Source: Podarcis bocagei (taxonomy: Eukaryota). From it: a stretch of DNA of 64,000 bases. Within the stretch, counting starts at the first letter, position 1. Each line of letters opens with the position of its first letter. Under the pieces are notes generated by a model. It saw only the letters and a list, made by a program, of their open reading frames with translations, was not told where the DNA came from and made no database searches. Both the position numbers and the translations under genes were made by a program. The DNA lies in the NCBI GenBank assembly GCA_964188305.1, contig OZ076889.1; one strand, 5' to 3'. Positions 61,495-64,000 of the stretch are shown piece by piece.

Positions 61495-64000
61495 GCATCT
61501 CTTCTGAACAATATTTTTATTATGTTTAGTGTTCTCTATACAAAAAGAAAATCAGTTTTCTTTACAGTGATTCAAAAACATTTCTGAATATTTTGGCCTT
61601 TTTCAAATCGCTCATGCAGTCCATATATTAAACATGTCTCCGTAGTCTGTAAAGCTACTCACTGTAAGTCATTCTTTACAGTCTCAGATATGCATTCATC
61701 TATTGGAAAGCAGATTAACACAGAATGTCCTTTTTTTATTTGTTTAAAAAGAAGGCAAATAATTACATAGAATGTATTGGAGCAATGGGGAGGACTTTTA
61801 AGGAACAGGGTGTGTGTGAGTGTGGATATTTACAAATTAAAAACAAACAAAACAAACAGAAAGCAGTACAATAATTTGTTGGTGGTGTTTGAAACCTCCA
61901 TAGTGCAAAGGGTGGTCTCTCCGCTTTCATCGGTTCAACACGAGGGGTGGGGGCCCAAGACTGCCTTCTGACATCACGATCATACCATGAAATTTGCTTG
62001 AAAGGGACAGATCAAGAGAGAGGCACTCCTGGGTTAAATGGAGAGCCACATGACATTCTGGATTTTTTACTATCAGAAAAGTCTTGCTGGCTCTTCTTAT
62101 TTAAGATGAGCTGCAATGCGTAAAAGAAAATGGATTTCACATTTTATTACTATCATTATTATTATTATTGCTTAGCTGAAGACTTTTGACGCTAGCATAG
62201 AATTAAGCCTGGTGCAAGGCATGCTTCCTTTATAGGTCAAAGTCAATATTCCACATTTCACATTCTCTACATTCCGGGAAGTGAAAGTAAGGTTTGTTTT
62301 CTTTCCTGCAGCTGCTATAGCTGAGATGAGGGGAAAGGCCGCAATAGGTCATTATGAGTCAGGTGAAACACGTAAACAAGAAGCTGAGCCCTAATGGAAA
62401 TCAATGACTGGCACTCTCCTCGGATATTCCTGACAGGTAGCAGGGTTGTATCTTGTTTAGACACATGAATCCAGGTCATTATAGGCAGATCGATGGCAGG
62501 GGTCAGGACTCTGTTATGCTAGTTGACCTGTGGGTCACTTCTACAGGGTGGTAATTGAGTGGAAAGACAATGTCAGGATTGTCCAAGATCATGTTTCCTT
62601 TGCTGTAATTGTAGCATCACCAGCACATAAGGCAGAATATGTGTCTCCCCTACTCTAATGTTCCACAGAAGGTGACAGTGTTCATTTAACTGCCAAACTG
62701 CCACACACAAAATAAGCTATGGAGATTGCCTCCTCTTTGAACTTGCTGGCTCAACTTAGCAACAGTGAAGGCAGGCAACAACATCTGGAACTACCTGCAA
62801 TTTCCCCAAAACATGAAGGACCTGCATAACAGACACATGGGTCAGATCTTTATTTGTAAAGTTAAAAATGGAAATAAACCTATTATAGTTTTCAACACAA
62901 GCCATGAATGGTATAATGGGTGACTGAGTGGCATAGCTGATGTGGTTACATGAGCCAACACCTCAATAACCTCTGGAGTCAGGAACAGCAAACTGTTCAA
63001 AATGTCAGATGTTACTACATCTGGCTGGTATGCAGGATGGGCATAGGGGAACAGGTTCCATATCTGCTGTGATAAGTTGGCAGTGTGATCTTTCACTAGT
63101 CCTTATGATTAGAATAAGGATAGGGAATCTGTGACCATCCAGATGTTGGGCTCCAACTCCCATCGGCCCCAAGCAGTGTGCCCAATGGTCAGGGATGACG
63201 GAAGTTGTTGTGGTCCATCATCTGAAGAGCCACAGGTTCCCTATCCCTGTATCTCAGCTGCCTTTGGAGTCAAGAAGACTATAGATGATGTTTCAACAAT
63301 GGCTGCCTACTTCTCTGTGTTGCTTGCACCACACTCAATTCTTAAAGTGGAACATGTCAGTGAAGATTTGTTCAGGTTGTTAGTCTCTTGGATGGGGCTA
63401 AGGGGACTGCTAAAGGCAATTCCACAGGAAAATGCTTGTCTCCTACCATCATGAATATTATGTTGCAGAATTGGACCTGCTATCAGGTGTAAGACAGGAG
63501 GAAGAGAAGAATTCAAATTAGATAGATGGATCTCTCTCTCTTTAGTTCACTCTCTCTTTAGCCTATGCAATCAGGTCTTCTGCTCCAGTCAACTATCAAA
63601 CTGCCCCCAAAGTCAGTGAGCACCCTATGGAATTTGAAACCTTGTGTCTTGTCCCTAACTTAACAAAGCCTGCTACATCCCTCTCAAATATTTTATCCCA
63701 TCTGAGTGCTATGTAGGTCCAACACCCATTAGCTTCCAAGATCAAATGGCATCAGGTGTGTTCACAGTGGCATGGCAGTATGCCTCTGAAAACTTAACTA
63801 AAAGTAGTATTTACAACACAATATGCATTGTGCCTGGTTTCATAGTTGCATTTAACAATAGTCTTAGATGTTATTTTATTGTAAACGCATTGCTGTTGAT
63901 GGAAGCGACCTCAAATACTGTGCATGAGACAGAGATATAAACCTTTTCAATAAAATACAATAAAGTCTACTTATGGCTGTCTGTTCTATAGCAGTGGTTA
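61495..64000 (-). other. Probable distal 3'UTR of an upstream minus-strand gene (NFASC by synteny, inferred)
   Basis: Minus-strand AATAAA at 61516-61521 in AU-rich context (TGTATAGAGAACACTAAACATAATAAAA); NFASC lies directly upstream of CNTN2 on the same strand in human; no coding exon seen. Confidence 0.4.

Overview
Eukaryotic (vertebrate) genomic DNA. The repeat content (Sauria-type SINEs with (ACCTTT)n tails, Squam-like tRNA SINEs, Penelope, CR1/L2, many hAT/Tc1 MITEs) indicates a squamate reptile, probably a lacertid lizard. The main feature is the 5' half of contactin-2 (CNTN2/TAG-1/axonin-1) on the minus strand. Twelve coding exons (exons 2-13, 24511 down to 115) have GT-AG boundaries and splice into one uninterrupted 1680-nt frame (560 codons: signal peptide, Ig1-Ig5, most of Ig6); the gene continues beyond position 1. 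A probable non-coding exon 1 lies in a CpG island at about 49.0-49.25 kb, implying an intron 1 of about 24 kb. The right end (>61.5 kb) looks like the end of a minus-strand 3'UTR, possibly NFASC by synteny (inference). Almost all ORFs in the supplied track are spurious. Most interesting observations: (1) an HDV-like ribozyme fold, with an unusual hairpin inserted in L3, at the apparent 5' end of a non-coding retroelement at 56.3 kb; (2) a minimal hammerhead ribozyme in a palindromic Penelope insertion in intron 1, in the CNTN2 sense orientation; (3) replacement of the His and Phe residues of the Ig2 FG loop implicated in contactin-2 homophilic adhesion. I found no evidence of a wholly new multi-gene system. 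Repeat family names and comparisons with human/chicken sequences are from memory and need database confirmation.
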